From positions 1,682,714 to 1,746,713 of the forward strand of contig OZ253582.1 of assembly GCA_965263085.1 (NCBI GenBank): a stretch of DNA of 64,000 nt, in the 5' to 3' direction. Shown here piece by piece: positions 28,197 through 38,990 of the stretch. A program made the translations under genes and the position numbers. The stretch comes from Nitrospinales bacterium. GTDB taxonomy: Bacteria > Nitrospinota > Nitrospinia > Nitrospinales > VA-1. The notes under the pieces are model-generated. The model did no database searches and had not been told where the DNA came from. It saw only the letters and a list, made by a program, of their open reading frames with translations. The number at the start of each line of letters is the position of its first letter. The stretch's first letter is position 1.

Positions 28197-28457
28197 AACC
28201 GAGCGTAACTCCTCTTCGGTAAAATCTTTGTCCCAGAACTAGATTTTAAAATCAGGGCTGGGGTTTTCGGAAAACTTCCGCCAATAGTCTTCTGGAACGA
28301 TTTCTTCATTCAACCTCCCAGCGCTTTTGGCACCGAAGATTCGAGAGAAAGGGTTTCGGGTAGGACGAGGAATAAAATTTTTATAGGATTGAATAACTTT
28401 TTCCTTTAAAACCAAATTCTTAATTTTGCTATAAAAAATAAGAAAGGACGGTGCAGA

Positions 28458-29435
28458 ATGAAGCCCATCGTTACTATTACCAATATGTTTCCCGAACTCG
28501 CTTTGGAAAAACTGGCCGCGCATTGTGACTTGCGGACCAACCAAATGGGAAACACGCCTACAGCCGAAGACCTCAAAAAATACGCATCGGAAAGCGTGGC
28601 AATCGTCACTTATTTATCGGACAAAATAGACAGGAACATTATTGATTGTGGTAAGAAATTGAAGCTTATCGCCAATTATGGGGCCGGATTCAACAATATC
28701 GACGTGGACTATGCTGAAAAAAAGGGACTGTGGGTGACGAATACTCCGGGAGTTCTGCATGAAACTACTGCTGATTTAACCTGGGCGATGATTCTGGCGG
28801 CAGCCCGGCGCATTGTTCCCGCCGAACGCTTTACCCGCGAAAACCGATTCAAGGGCTGGCAGGCGAAAATGTATCTTGGAGGAGATGTCTATGGAAAAAC
28901 TCTTGGCATAATTGGTTGTGGTGAAATAGGTTCGGCGGTTGCCCGCAGGGCTTTGGGTTTCAACATGAAGGTTCTCTATTACAACCGGAGCAGATTGCCG
29001 ATAGAAAAGGAAGGGACATTGAATGCGACCTATACCCCGTTAGAAGAATTGCTCCGACAATCCGATTTTGTCACAGTACATGTCCCCTTAACCGGGCAGA
29101 CTCAGCATATGGTTGGTAGGGAACAGTTTTTAATAATGAAACCCACCGCTTATTTTATCCATACCGCCCGGGGGAAAGTGGTGGACGATAGAGCCCTGGT
29201 TGAAGCATTGAAAGAAGGAGGAATTGCTGGCGCGGCACTGGATGTTTATGAAAACGAACCAGCCCTCACCGAAGGCATGACCGAGTTGGAGAACCTGATT
29301 CTGCTCCCACATATAGGCAGTGCCAGCTATGAAACACGTAATCGCATGGCCGGACTGGTCGTCGATAATGTGATTGACGTTCTCAATGGTAAGACTCCCA
29401 GGTGCAGGGTATCTTCGACGCCAGTTATATATTAA
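28458..29435 (+). CDS. D-glycerate dehydrogenase / glyoxylate reductase family
   Basis: NTPGVL, GCGEIG, ARG, DVYENEP, PHIGSA. Confidence 0.9.
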   Translation: MKPIVTITNMFPELALEKLAAHCDLRTNQMGNTPTAEDLKKYASESVAIVTYLSDKIDRNIIDCGKKLKLIANYGAGFNNIDVDYAEKKGLWVTNTPGVLHETTADLTWAMILAAARRIVPAERFTRENRFKGWQAKMYLGGDVYGKTLGIIGCGEIGSAVARRALGFNMKVLYYNRSRLPIEKEGTLNATYTPLEELLRQSDFVTVHVPLTGQTQHMVGREQFLIMKPTAYFIHTARGKVVDDRALVEALKEGGIAGAALDVYENEPALTEGMTELENLILLPHIGSASYETRNRMAGLVVDNVIDVLNGKTPRCRVSSTPVIY

Positions 29436-30522
29436 ATCGAAAATGCATGATGTCGCCGTCCTGAACAACGTAATCCTTGCCCTCAACCCTGAGTTTTCCT
29501 GCGTCTTTAATAGCCGCTTCGGTTTTGTGTCGAATCAGGTTTTCCAGACTGTATACTTCGGCGCGAATGAATCCTTTTTCAAAATCGGTATGTATCACTC
29601 CCGCCGCTTGCGGGGCTTTGGAGTTTTTTGGGATTGTCCATGCACGGGTTTCTTTTTCTCCTGCTGTGAAGTAGGTGGATAATCTGAGCAGTTCATATCC
29701 GGCAGAGATCATGCGGTCGAGTCCGGTTTCGGTCAGCCCCATTTCTTCCATAAACATTTTTTGTTCTTCCTGGTCCTCAATCTCCATAATTTCGCCCTCG
29801 ATTTTTCCTGCAAGGGCAACGACCGATGATCCATCCTGTTCAGCAATCTGTTTAACCTTTTGCACGAGTTCGTTATCTGTGTCTCCGGGGTCCATAACAT
29901 TGCAGATATAAAGAACCGGCTTGGAGCTCAAAAGTGTCAGGCTTTTTACGAACTGTTTTTGTTCGTCATTGAAATCGGTAACGGTTCTGGCCGGTTGGTT
30001 TTGATTGAGGGCCTCGACCAGTTTGGTGAGTACTTCCACTTGCATGCGTGCTTCCTTGTCCCCGGATTTAGCCAGTTTTTCAATCTTGGTCTTTCTGCGG
30101 TCGATAGATTCTAGATCGGCGATCATCAACTCGGTGTTGATAGTGTCGATATCGGAAGCTGGGTCGATGGTGTCACTGATGTGAGGAACATTACTATCCT
30201 CAAAACAGCGCACCACATGGGCTATAGCATCCACCTCACGGATATGACCGAGAAATTTGTTGCCCAGACCTTCTCCCTTGGAAGCGCCTTTGATGAGCCC
30301 TGCGATATCGACAAACTCCATGGTCGTGGGAACAACTTTGTTAGTCTTGACATAGTGAGTGATGGTGTCCAGACGCTTGTCAGGAACGGGAACGATACCG
30401 CTATTGGGTTCGATGGTGGTGAACGCATAATTTCCTGCCTGAGCTTTGGTGCGTGTCAAAGCGCCAAACAGGGTTGATTTTCCCGCATTGGGGAGGCCGA
30501 CAAGGCCGCAGGTGAATCCCAT
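29425..30522 (-). CDS. ychF: Redox-regulated ATPase YchF
   Basis: GLVGLPNAGKST, DIAGL, GEGLGNKFL, IHTDFEKGFIRAE. Confidence 0.96.
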   Translation of the reverse strand: MGFTCGLVGLPNAGKSTLFGALTRTKAQAGNYAFTTIEPNSGIVPVPDKRLDTITHYVKTNKVVPTTMEFVDIAGLIKGASKGEGLGNKFLGHIREVDAIAHVVRCFEDSNVPHISDTIDPASDIDTINTELMIADLESIDRRKTKIEKLAKSGDKEARMQVEVLTKLVEALNQNQPARTVTDFNDEQKQFVKSLTLLSSKPVLYICNVMDPGDTDNELVQKVKQIAEQDGSSVVALAGKIEGEIMEIEDQEEQKMFMEEMGLTETGLDRMISAGYELLRLSTYFTAGEKETRAWTIPKNSKAPQAAGVIHTDFEKGFIRAEVYSLENLIRHKTEAAIKDAGKLRVEGKDYVVQDGDIMHFRFNI

Positions 30523-30637
30523 AAAACGTTAATTCCTTTTTTTATAAAGTTGGTTTAAGCAAACTCCTTCAAGCCCTCTTGTCAGGAGGAATTATTGAAA
30601 ACCTGAATCCAGAATCGCGAGTGTTATATTTTCCCTT

Positions 30638-32062
30638 TTAATATTCATGTCTGTTTTCTCCAGGCGTGGCCTGGAACGGTTTTAAAAAAAACAGGCACAA
30701 GAATACCAGAAAAGCGTAGCCGGCGATGACTTTAAAAAATATTTGCGGGGTCATGAAACTGAACAGAGTGAGAAAAAGCACTGCCCCGACACTTCCATAA
30801 GCCCCTGCCATGCCTGCCAGTTTCCCTGTTAGGGGCTTGTATATAAGAGGAATCGCAGCAAAGCAGGCACCGTTGCCTGCTTGCAAAAATATGGAACAAG
30901 TCACCGAAATGAGAAGAGTGGTGGAAAGTGACCAACTCTTATCCATTTCTCCCATACCCCAGTAACACAAGCTTGCGCCTAGAACTAAAACAAAAAGAGT
31001 GCGCCTTCTGCCAAACCGATCTGAAATCCAGCCGCCTCCAGCGCGGGTGATTAAGTTCATGACCGCAAAGCTTGAGCCCAGTGTTCCCGCGACCTGAATG
31101 GTCAATGCAAAAGTGTTTTCCAAAAACTGTGGGAACATTGAAATGATAGCGAGCTCTGAGCCGAAGGTCAGAGCGTATACGAGGCTCAAGATCATGATCT
31201 GGCTGTATGGATAAAGGTTCTCTTCAGGTATGGACTGTTGCAGTCGAGGAATGTTGACTTGCCAGCATCGTAATGCGTTCAGGAAAAAAAGCAATGCCAT
31301 GCCAAGAATCAGAGCTTGGGCAAGAGAGTCAGAAATCAAGGCAAACGGACGCCCGGAAAGTTTCCAGATGAACAGAGACATGGCCCCGTATACGGGCAAG
31401 AGAAGAAGGATTTGCAGGATCAGGTCCCGACGTGATGTGACTTCAATCACGCCATGCAGGTCGACCAGGAAATCCTGGCCTTTCCCCGGCGCATTGGGAC
31501 AAAACTGGTAATAAACTCCTGCCCAGATAAGGCAAGAGAGCCCGGAAAGACCTATCGCTACCCGCCATCCGGACTCTTCAGGGAAGACAAGGGCTATCAG
31601 CGGAAGAGAAAATGCCGCAAATGCCGAACCGAAGTTGCCCCAACCGGCATAAATACCCTGAGCGGTGCCCATTTTTTCCGGTGGGAACCATTCGGCGATC
31701 ATTTTTATACCTACTACGAATCCGCCACCGACGATTCCCATTAGCAAGCGGGTGACCAGCAACGTTTTGAAGTTCTGCGACAAGGCAAATGCGAAGCACA
31801 CTACTGCAGAAAAGACTAATAGTCCGCTGAACACTTTTTGCGGGCCATATTTATCAACCCAAAAACCTATAACGATTCGAGCCGGAATAGTCAGCGCCAC
31901 ATTGGAGATCATCAGGATATTGATCTCGGCGGAAGATAGGCCCAAAACGTGCATGATCGTTGTGTTGAAGGGTGCCATGTTGAACCAGGCTACAAAGGTC
32001 AGGAAAAACGCGATCCAGGTCAGGTGCAGAGTGTTCCATTGGGTTTTGCTAAAACCTAACAT
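30638..32062 (-). CDS. narK: NarK/Nrt2-type nitrate/nitrite MFS transporter
   Basis: WFPP..GTAQGIYAGWGNFG and FGSELA, AGNGA, GMAGAYG NNP-family motifs. Confidence 0.88.
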   Translation of the reverse strand: MLGFSKTQWNTLHLTWIAFFLTFVAWFNMAPFNTTIMHVLGLSSAEINILMISNVALTIPARIVIGFWVDKYGPQKVFSGLLVFSAVVCFAFALSQNFKTLLVTRLLMGIVGGGFVVGIKMIAEWFPPEKMGTAQGIYAGWGNFGSAFAAFSLPLIALVFPEESGWRVAIGLSGLSCLIWAGVYYQFCPNAPGKGQDFLVDLHGVIEVTSRRDLILQILLLLPVYGAMSLFIWKLSGRPFALISDSLAQALILGMALLFFLNALRCWQVNIPRLQQSIPEENLYPYSQIMILSLVYALTFGSELAIISMFPQFLENTFALTIQVAGTLGSSFAVMNLITRAGGGWISDRFGRRRTLFVLVLGASLCYWGMGEMDKSWSLSTTLLISVTCSIFLQAGNGACFAAIPLIYKPLTGKLAGMAGAYGSVGAVLFLTLFSFMTPQIFFKVIAGYAFLVFLCLFFLKPFQATPGENRHEY

Positions 32063-32188
32063 TCTGTTGCCATTTTTATAATTTGTTTACAGACGAACGC
32101 GGAGTTAAAAAAAGTCATGAACTGTGTGCATAGGAAGATAACGGAGAGGAAAGAGAGGCTTGATCCGCTTATGATCGTTTGTTCAAGG

Positions 32189-32509
32189 CTAGTTGGCCAT
32201 CATCTGATGGGACTTCACCACACCCTGTTTATCAAAAACGATGATTATATCTTTGGTAATATTGTTGCCCAGGGAGTTGTAAAAATTATATTCATAAATC
32301 CAAATCCGGTTGCCGTTCTCGATACCCTTTTTAAATGGCGGTCCAAACATGGACTGAATTTCCTGATGGGTTGTTGTGTCTACAACAATATTTTTATAAA
32401 GTGACTCATCAAAGTTTTTTCCGGTGGTGCCGCAACCGAATGCGAAAAGCAGGCTAGTCAGGAGAATAATATTCATGACGTAATTTGTTTTCATCTTCAT
32501 AATCCCCAT
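32189..32509 (-). CDS. Small lipoprotein, SmpA/BamE-like
   Basis: Lipobox AFGC, TT..EI..FGPP, WIY, FDKQGVV. Confidence 0.7.
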   Translation of the reverse strand: MGIMKMKTNYVMNIILLTSLLFAFGCGTTGKNFDESLYKNIVVDTTTHQEIQSMFGPPFKKGIENGNRIWIYEYNFYNSLGNNITKDIIIVFDKQGVVKSHQMMAN

Positions 32510-34032
32510 TATGAGGTTACAATATTATATTGCTCCCGATGCAGTTTCGGGTCCGCTTGAAATGTGATTTCGATATTGTTTTGTTTTTCCATTTCTTCAA
32601 GAAAATGGCTCTCTTCCTCGGACAGTATGTCATAAACCGCAGGGTGCATTTCGATATCGATTTTCTTTTTAGTGATATCGTTGGTTTCCTGCCGCTGAAT
32701 TTCCCGGATGATTTCGTAGGTGACGGTTGGAGCGCTCTTGATATATCCCTTGCCTTCGCAGTAGTCGCAAGGGTCGCAAAGGGCCTGCGCTAGGCTTTCA
32801 CGTACGCGCTTGCGGGTCATTTCCACCAGCCCAAATTCGGAAATTTTAAGGATGCGGGTTCGTGAGCGGTCTGCTCTCAGTGCCTGTTTGAGTGCGTTGG
32901 ACACCATTTCCTTGTTTTCTTCTTTAGCCATGTCGATGAAATCGATGATGATGATGCCGCCGATGTTTCTGAGGCGAAGCTGATACACGGTTTCTTTAAC
33001 CGCCTCCAGATTGGTTTTCAGGATAGTGTCCTCCGGATCGCTGTGGCCAACATATTTTCCGGTGTTGACATCAATGGCGACCAGAGCTTCAGTCTGGTCG
33101 ATGGTGATGTGGCCGCCGGATTTGAGCCAGATAGTTCGGCCCAGAGCTCGACTGATATCCATCTCAATGCCATAGTGATCGAAAATCGGCATCGGATCTT
33201 TATACAGCTCAATTTTATCCGACAAATGCGGGAGATAGGTAGAGCAGAACTCTATGCATTTGGTGTAATCCGATTTTGAGTCGATCACCAGCCGCTCGGT
33301 ATCTTTGATGAAAAGATCACGGATAGACCGAAAGATCAGGTTCAGGTCTTCGTAAACCAGATGCGGAGCGCTGAGATTTTCAGATTGGTTTTTCAGGTTT
33401 TCCCAAAGCCGGTGAAGAAATTTCAGGTCTGAGTCAAAATCTGCGTGCGTGGCGTCCTGCCCGGCAGTTCGGACAATATAACCTTCACCTGGGTTGCCGA
33501 TTTCGCCGAGCAGTTTTTTCAGCCGTTCTTTTTCGTTTTCCTCAATGCGCCGGGAAACGCTAATGTGGTTGACAGTGGGCATATAGACTAGATAGCGTCC
33601 GGGTAGGGTAATGTAATTGGTGATGCGAGCCCCTTTGGTTCCCATCGGATTCTTGGTAACCTGCACCAGTATCTCCTGCCCTTCCTGCAAAATATCCTGA
33701 ATGCGTATGCTATGGTTAGGTCGGCCGGGTTTTCCGAAAAAAGGGTTTTCTTTTTCGTCAGCTAGAGGAGGGGATTCTAGTTCGTCTTTCGGTCCGAGCA
33801 TATCAATAATATCGATATCTCCGACGTATAAAAAGCCGGATTTTTCTAGTCCGATATCGACAAAAGCCACCTGCATTCCGGGGAGAATCTTGGTGATCTT
33901 GCCCCGGTAAATATTTCCAACAATGCCCTTGTTAGTTTTATGCTCGATAAACAATTCCGAGACCTGATTATTTTCCATCAGGGCAACACGAATTTCTCGC
34001 TGGTTGGAATTTATCAGTATTTCAGAAGACAT
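32509..34032 (-). CDS. rng: Ribonuclease G (Rne/Rng family)
   Basis: GNIYRG..LPGMQVAFVDIG, IDVNTG, RLRNIGGIIIIDFIDM. Confidence 0.93.
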   Translation of the reverse strand: MSSEILINSNQREIRVALMENNQVSELFIEHKTNKGIVGNIYRGKITKILPGMQVAFVDIGLEKSGFLYVGDIDIIDMLGPKDELESPPLADEKENPFFGKPGRPNHSIRIQDILQEGQEILVQVTKNPMGTKGARITNYITLPGRYLVYMPTVNHISVSRRIEENEKERLKKLLGEIGNPGEGYIVRTAGQDATHADFDSDLKFLHRLWENLKNQSENLSAPHLVYEDLNLIFRSIRDLFIKDTERLVIDSKSDYTKCIEFCSTYLPHLSDKIELYKDPMPIFDHYGIEMDISRALGRTIWLKSGGHITIDQTEALVAIDVNTGKYVGHSDPEDTILKTNLEAVKETVYQLRLRNIGGIIIIDFIDMAKEENKEMVSNALKQALRADRSRTRILKISEFGLVEMTRKRVRESLAQALCDPCDYCEGKGYIKSAPTVTYEIIREIQRQETNDITKKKIDIEMHPAVYDILSEEESHFLEEMEKQNNIEITFQADPKLHREQYNIVTS

Positions 34033-34120
34033 GAGCTTTCTGTATCAGATCATGGGAGGTAAGAAATTATAACATGGCAAGTGTGCCAAACCTTGAGAAA
34101 AAACAGGCGGGACGCTTTTG

Positions 34121-35221
34121 TTAACGGATAGACCTTCGCATTTCAACATTGAGAAGCATTCCCACTGCAAAAAAATGAGTGATGAGGGAAGAGCCCCCAT
34201 AGCTCAGGAAAGGGAGAGGGATACCAGTGATTGGAAAAATGCCGATGGTCATACCAATATTGAAGATGACGTAAAAGGCTATGGAACTGATGAGCCCGAG
34301 AGAAAGAAAAAACCCAAACCGATCCGTGGCCCTGAATGCGATGTTTAAACCTTTCAGGATGATAAAGAGGAATAAAGATAAAAGAACGACCGCACCAAAA
34401 AAACCGGTTTCTTCGGCGAAGACTGAAAAAATAAAGTCGGTATGTTGTTCCGGCAAGAAGTTGAGTCGACTTTGGGTTCCCGCAAGTAGACCTTTGCCCC
34501 AGAACCCGCCCGATCCAATGGCGATTTTGGACTGGATAGAATGGTAGCCTGCTCCGAGCGGATCCAATTCCGGGTTGAACAGGGTTAATAGCCGGGTTTT
34601 CTGGTAATCTTTGAGGAAGAGCCAGAGTGCAGGAGCCAGCATGAGTCCACCGGTGAAAAGTTTTATCAAAGTCATTCTTTCCAATTCAATGGTGGCTACG
34701 AAAACCAGGAAAATGAAAAGAATCATCATGGTGGTGCCGAGGTCGGGTTGGACAACGATGAGTCCTCCAACAGCCGCTGTTAGTAATGTCGGGATGATCA
34801 GGTCTCTTAGGGTGTACTGGTTCGACATCTTTCCCGATTCGAAGTATTTTGCCAGAGCAATGATGAGCGATACCTTGGCGAATTCGGAAACCTGAATACT
34901 AGTGGAGCCTATGTGAATCCAGCGCCGCGAACCCGATACAACCGCTCCATGGAGTAGTACATAAACGAGCAACAGCAAGGTAAAAACATAGATGAGGTAG
35001 GCATAACGACTGAACAGGCGGTAGTCCAGCGCCAAGGCGAGGAGCATGGCCACCAGTCCATAGCCGATCCAGTATATTTGTTTGACATAAAGGCCGCGGA
35101 AAAAAGCTTCGGGTCGACCGTGGTTGGCGCTGTATATGGTCACCACGCCGAGAATAGCTATTACCATGCAGGTTAGAAAAAATATCCAGTTGAAATTGGA
35201 AACCAGGCGCCGATCAATCAT
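34121..35221 (-). CDS. rodA: Rod shape-determining protein RodA
   Basis: SEFAK, QPDLGT, GYHSIQSKIAIGSGG, LPEQHTDFIF, SYGGSS. Confidence 0.93.
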   Translation of the reverse strand: MIDRRLVSNFNWIFFLTCMVIAILGVVTIYSANHGRPEAFFRGLYVKQIYWIGYGLVAMLLALALDYRLFSRYAYLIYVFTLLLLVYVLLHGAVVSGSRRWIHIGSTSIQVSEFAKVSLIIALAKYFESGKMSNQYTLRDLIIPTLLTAAVGGLIVVQPDLGTTMMILFIFLVFVATIELERMTLIKLFTGGLMLAPALWLFLKDYQKTRLLTLFNPELDPLGAGYHSIQSKIAIGSGGFWGKGLLAGTQSRLNFLPEQHTDFIFSVFAEETGFFGAVVLLSLFLFIILKGLNIAFRATDRFGFFLSLGLISSIAFYVIFNIGMTIGIFPITGIPLPFLSYGGSSLITHFFAVGMLLNVEMRRSIR

Positions 35222-35443
35222 AGGATGATTTTATCATAGCGCGTTGAAAATTATGGGATGTTTTCATCCCTTCGGTTCAGGCCATCCGATAGGAGAAGGG
35301 GTGCCTGAGCACTCGTCCAACTAACAGGACTGGAGGCCACATTAATAGCCCGGTAGAGCGGAATACGATTTTCTTGGAGTGCGGCCTCGGGATTGCGTAT
35401 GCTACTAAAGAATATGAGTGGTTGAGTGAGTTGGAGAACGCTG

Positions 35444-35593
35444 ATGAGTAATCTGGACAAGGACCTTAAGCAAGAGAAGCCCCCTGAAAAGAAAGAGGAA
35501 AAAGATAGCCTCAGTAGTGAGAATAAACCTTCACGCCTGGCGGAACGTAAAGGTCAGCGCCCGGCATTTCCCTTCAGGAGAAAACCAGTTTAA
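35444..35593 (+). CDS. Small charged hypothetical protein (49 aa; not in ORF track)
   Basis: GGAG RBS then ATG; MSNLDKDLKQEKPPEKKEEKDSLSSENKPSRLAERKGQRPAFPFRRKPV. Confidence 0.5.
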   Translation: MSNLDKDLKQEKPPEKKEEKDSLSSENKPSRLAERKGQRPAFPFRRKPV

Positions 35594-35831
35594 TGGGAGT
35601 TTTATTTGTGGAACCTTGTTCATAGCCCACGGCCTCTTTTGGCGAGCGCGGTTTTCAAATGCTTCTTCACACCCTACACCCTGATTAGAGAACGCCTCTT
35701 CTGAAGATTTATCATACTAACTGGAGCGTGATCTCAAAAATCTGGAATTGTGCCAGAAGACCCGCCTGAATCGGAACGTTTTCAGGTATTATTTAAGAAG
35801 AGATGAACCCGGAAAGATTGGATTATCCAAA

Positions 35832-36347
35832 ATGAAAGACTGCCCTTGTGGCTCAGATTTCCCGTTCACTGATTGTTGCGGTCCGTTGATTCGAGGTACG
35901 GGTTTTCCCGATACGGCTGAAGATCTGATGCGGTCGCGTTATACCGCGTTCACCCAGAAAAACTGGGAATACCTGGTTATCACCAGTCATCCAGAGGAAA
36001 AAAAAGACACGGCTAAGCTTGGCCCAGACCTGATCCAGGATGAGGTAGTTTGGAAAAGACTGGAGATCATGAATACCCATGCCGGAGGTCAGAATGATTC
36101 TGAAGGCCAGGTAGACTTTGTCGCCTATTATACTAAGGAGGGGGTCGAACAAACTCTGCGGGAATCCTCCCGTTTTTATAAAATTAATGGCCGTTGGGTC
36201 TATAGCCGTAAAGATTCCACCCTGCCTCCTGTTCCGGTTTCACCCCAGAAGAAACCCAAAACCTTTGTTCGTGGTGAAGCTAAAATAGGCCGAAACGATC
36301 CTTGCCCTTGTGGAAGCGGGAAAAAACATAAAAAATGTTGTGGCTAA
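35832..36347 (+). CDS. ychJ: YchJ-family protein with SEC-C motifs
   Basis: [34 protein letters not shown]. Confidence 0.9.
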   Translation: MKDCPCGSDFPFTDCCGPLIRGTGFPDTAEDLMRSRYTAFTQKNWEYLVITSHPEEKKDTAKLGPDLIQDEVVWKRLEIMNTHAGGQNDSEGQVDFVAYYTKEGVEQTLRESSRFYKINGRWVYSRKDSTLPPVPVSPQKKPKTFVRGEAKIGRNDPCPCGSGKKHKKCCG

Positions 36348-37229
36348 TCTGTAGGTTTTGCTGAGTTCAACCCTGAAAACAGGAGTTCTTCCGACAAGAA
36401 AATCAGTAAAGGCTCGCTCAAGAAAATGTTTTTAGACGCACCCCTCCTTTATAATGCGAAAATTTTAAACTGTCTTAAAAATCAAAAGGTTTCTCAGACT
36501 GTATATTTTTTAATCAGGAACCCAAAAAACCTTTAATTGGGTTATGTTAGAAGTTGGCTGCCCAGTGTTTTCCACAGGTTTTACACAAATAATGTGGAAA
36601 AGATATAGAGGCTCTTAAAACCCTTTCCAGGCAGGGGAATGGAGGCTGGTGTAGAAAAAACTCCTAGCCGCATAGGGTGAAATCAGTGACGCTTTATCTA
36701 ACCTTTAAATCATGGGCTAAATCAGGGTGAGAAACTGTTTGATTTTGGTTAGGCCAAATATATTAAGGGCAGAGCAGGTGTCAAAATTCCGCTATCGTAT
36801 TTCCCTTATATTTAGGCTTCCAGAGGGGCAAATTACGATGTCGATATTGTAATGTTTTTTGACGTGCTGATTATAAGGGGGAAAGGCGTGACGGGATTTT
36901 GATACCCTTTTTCTGCCTCTATTTTAGCCGTCCTTGCCAAAACTCTTTTCGATTTAAAATTTGTGGAAAACTAATCAAGGCTTCTCAGGGGGTCGAAGTT
37001 TTTTCTACAAAGAGGCGGGGAAACTATAATTCATTGGAAAATAAAAGAAATATTTGTTTATTTATGTAGAAAAAAGATTTCTTTTGAAAAATCAAGGCAT
37101 CAGGTTTCCGATACCTAAAAAATTTTCCACAAATAATTCACAATTAGAAGCCGCGAGAGAATTGAAAATTATGCTTTAATCCAGACCGTGAATGAATTCT
37201 GTCACTATTCTCTAATACGTCAAAATTTA
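36348..37229. other. Candidate replication origin (oriC) with clustered DnaA-box-like 9-mers
   Basis: Gene-free AT-rich 880 bp; TTTTCCACA/TGTGGAAAA at 36568, 36593, 36962, 37123; variants at 36579, 36650, 37001, 37065, 37134. Confidence 0.6.
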
Positions 37230-38147
37230 TTAAGGGCTCTGCCTATGAGACTGTAGGAAAATTTCCATATCCTGTGGGAGCGGAGCTAGAAATGATAGGT
37301 TCGAACCTGTAATCGGGTGTTTTAGTTCCAGTTTGTGCGCATGCAGGGCCTGCCTGGGCATTTTGAACTCTGCAGATTTCCCTCCATAGAGTTGGTCTCC
37401 GATTACAGGATGGTGGATTGAAGCCAAATGCACCCGAATTTGATGGGTTCTCCCGGTTTTAGGCCAAAGTTTAAGGTAAGACCAACCTTTACAACGGTGC
37501 ATGACCTGATATTCAGTAGAAGCTTCTCGACCATTTGAGGCTCTTGTGTCCATTTTTTTGCGATAAACTCTATGACGGCCGATGGCGGCATGGATCGAAC
37601 CTTCGTCCTTTTTAACATTGCCTTTCACAATCGCCAGATATTCTTTACGGATTTCGCGTTTCTTGAATTGCGCCGCCAGATTTTTGTGGGCAGCTTCCGT
37701 TTTGGCCACCAATACCAGCCCGGAAGTATCCTTATCAAGACGGTGAACAATGCCGGGCCGCTCAACGCCACCGATCCCCGGCAGGTCTTCACAATGATGT
37801 AGCAAGGCGTTGACCAGGGTCCCTGTAGGATGCCCCGGTGCAGGGTGAACCACAATGCCCGCCGGTTTGTTTAGAGCGATCAGGTATTCGTCTTCAAAAA
37901 TAATATTCAGCGGAATGGCTTCCGCGGCAGTATCAAGGGGAACCGTGGCAGGCACTTGAACAGTGACATGGTCTCCTTCCCGGACCTTATACCCGACCGC
38001 TTGCGCTATACCATTGACCGTCACCCAGCCATCAACAATCAGTTTCTTCAACCGCGACCGGCTGATCTCTGTCTGCCTGGTGGAAAGAAAAACATCGAGT
38101 CGCTCCCGACTGGAAACCGAGTCTACTTTAAATTTGTATTGTGCCAT
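37230..38147 (-). CDS. rluD: RluA/RluD-family pseudouridine synthase with S4 domain
   Basis: RLDVFL, RPGIVHRLDKDTSG, TGRTHQIRVH, QALHA. Confidence 0.9.
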   Translation of the reverse strand: MAQYKFKVDSVSSRERLDVFLSTRQTEISRSRLKKLIVDGWVTVNGIAQAVGYKVREGDHVTVQVPATVPLDTAAEAIPLNIIFEDEYLIALNKPAGIVVHPAPGHPTGTLVNALLHHCEDLPGIGGVERPGIVHRLDKDTSGLVLVAKTEAAHKNLAAQFKKREIRKEYLAIVKGNVKKDEGSIHAAIGRHRVYRKKMDTRASNGREASTEYQVMHRCKGWSYLKLWPKTGRTHQIRVHLASIHHPVIGDQLYGGKSAEFKMPRQALHAHKLELKHPITGSNLSFLAPLPQDMEIFLQSHRQSP

Positions 38148-38150
38148 TGA

Positions 38151-38858
38151 CTAGAGGGATCCGCCGCCGTCGACAAAAAGGGTTTCTCCATTCACAAATG
38201 TGTTTTCCATCAGATAGTCCAAGGCTTTGAGGATATCCTCCAAATTGCCGTAGGTCCTCATGGGAACTTTTTTGGCGGCTTTTTCCAGATAGTCAGGCGG
38301 GCCACCCTGAGGGGGGAGAATGAGTCCCGGTGCGATGCCGTTGACCCTTACCGATTGCCCCCACTCTACTGCCGCCAGTTCCGTCAAATGTTTCAACCCC
38401 ACTTTGCTGACAGAATAAGCCGCGAAGACAGGGGTGGTTTTTGCCACACGTTCATCAAGAATATTAACGATCAAACCTTTGTTCACCTTGCGCTTGTACT
38501 CGCGCATTAACAAATAAGGCGCCATGAGATTGAGGTTGAGAGTATTGACCAGAGTTTCGACCTGGGTCTGCTCGACATTTTCCTGAATAAAATTAGCGGC
38601 AGAATTGACCAGCAGTTCGACACCACTGAAGTCTTTGAGGATTCTGTCGATAACCGATTCGGCTTCCTCCAGATTCCTCAAATCCCTGGCATAACCTTGG
38701 CACTGGACACCTTGCGCTCGGGCCTCTTCCATTGTTGTCTCACTGTCCGTTCCAGAGCTATGATAAAGCAGTGCGATATCAAATCCCTTGCGGGCCAGGT
38801 GCAGGGCCATTGCCCGACCGATGCGGACCGCTCCTCCTGTCACAATGGCTGTTGGCAT
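38151..38858 (-). CDS. SDR oxidoreductase, pteridine reductase/FolM-like
   Basis: TGGAVRIG, LVNSA, YSVSK, VNGIAPG. Confidence 0.85.
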   Translation of the reverse strand: MPTAIVTGGAVRIGRAMALHLARKGFDIALLYHSSGTDSETTMEEARAQGVQCQGYARDLRNLEEAESVIDRILKDFSGVELLVNSAANFIQENVEQTQVETLVNTLNLNLMAPYLLMREYKRKVNKGLIVNILDERVAKTTPVFAAYSVSKVGLKHLTELAAVEWGQSVRVNGIAPGLILPPQGGPPDYLEKAAKKVPMRTYGNLEDILKALDYLMENTFVNGETLFVDGGGSL

Positions 38859-38990
38859 TTTTGTTCCTCACAAATCGCTTATGTTATACTCACCGCTTAA
38901 CGCCAATCACCAATCTATCATAAACGGCGATTATAGAAACCGTTTTGAATCCAGTATCGGTTCGTAATACTTTCAGGGAATAGGAGTAAA

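Noticed and set aside
38873-38932. ModE-like inverted repeat upstream of moaB
   Set aside because: Half-sites are weak and spacing does not fit ATCGCTATATA-N6-TATATAACGAT.
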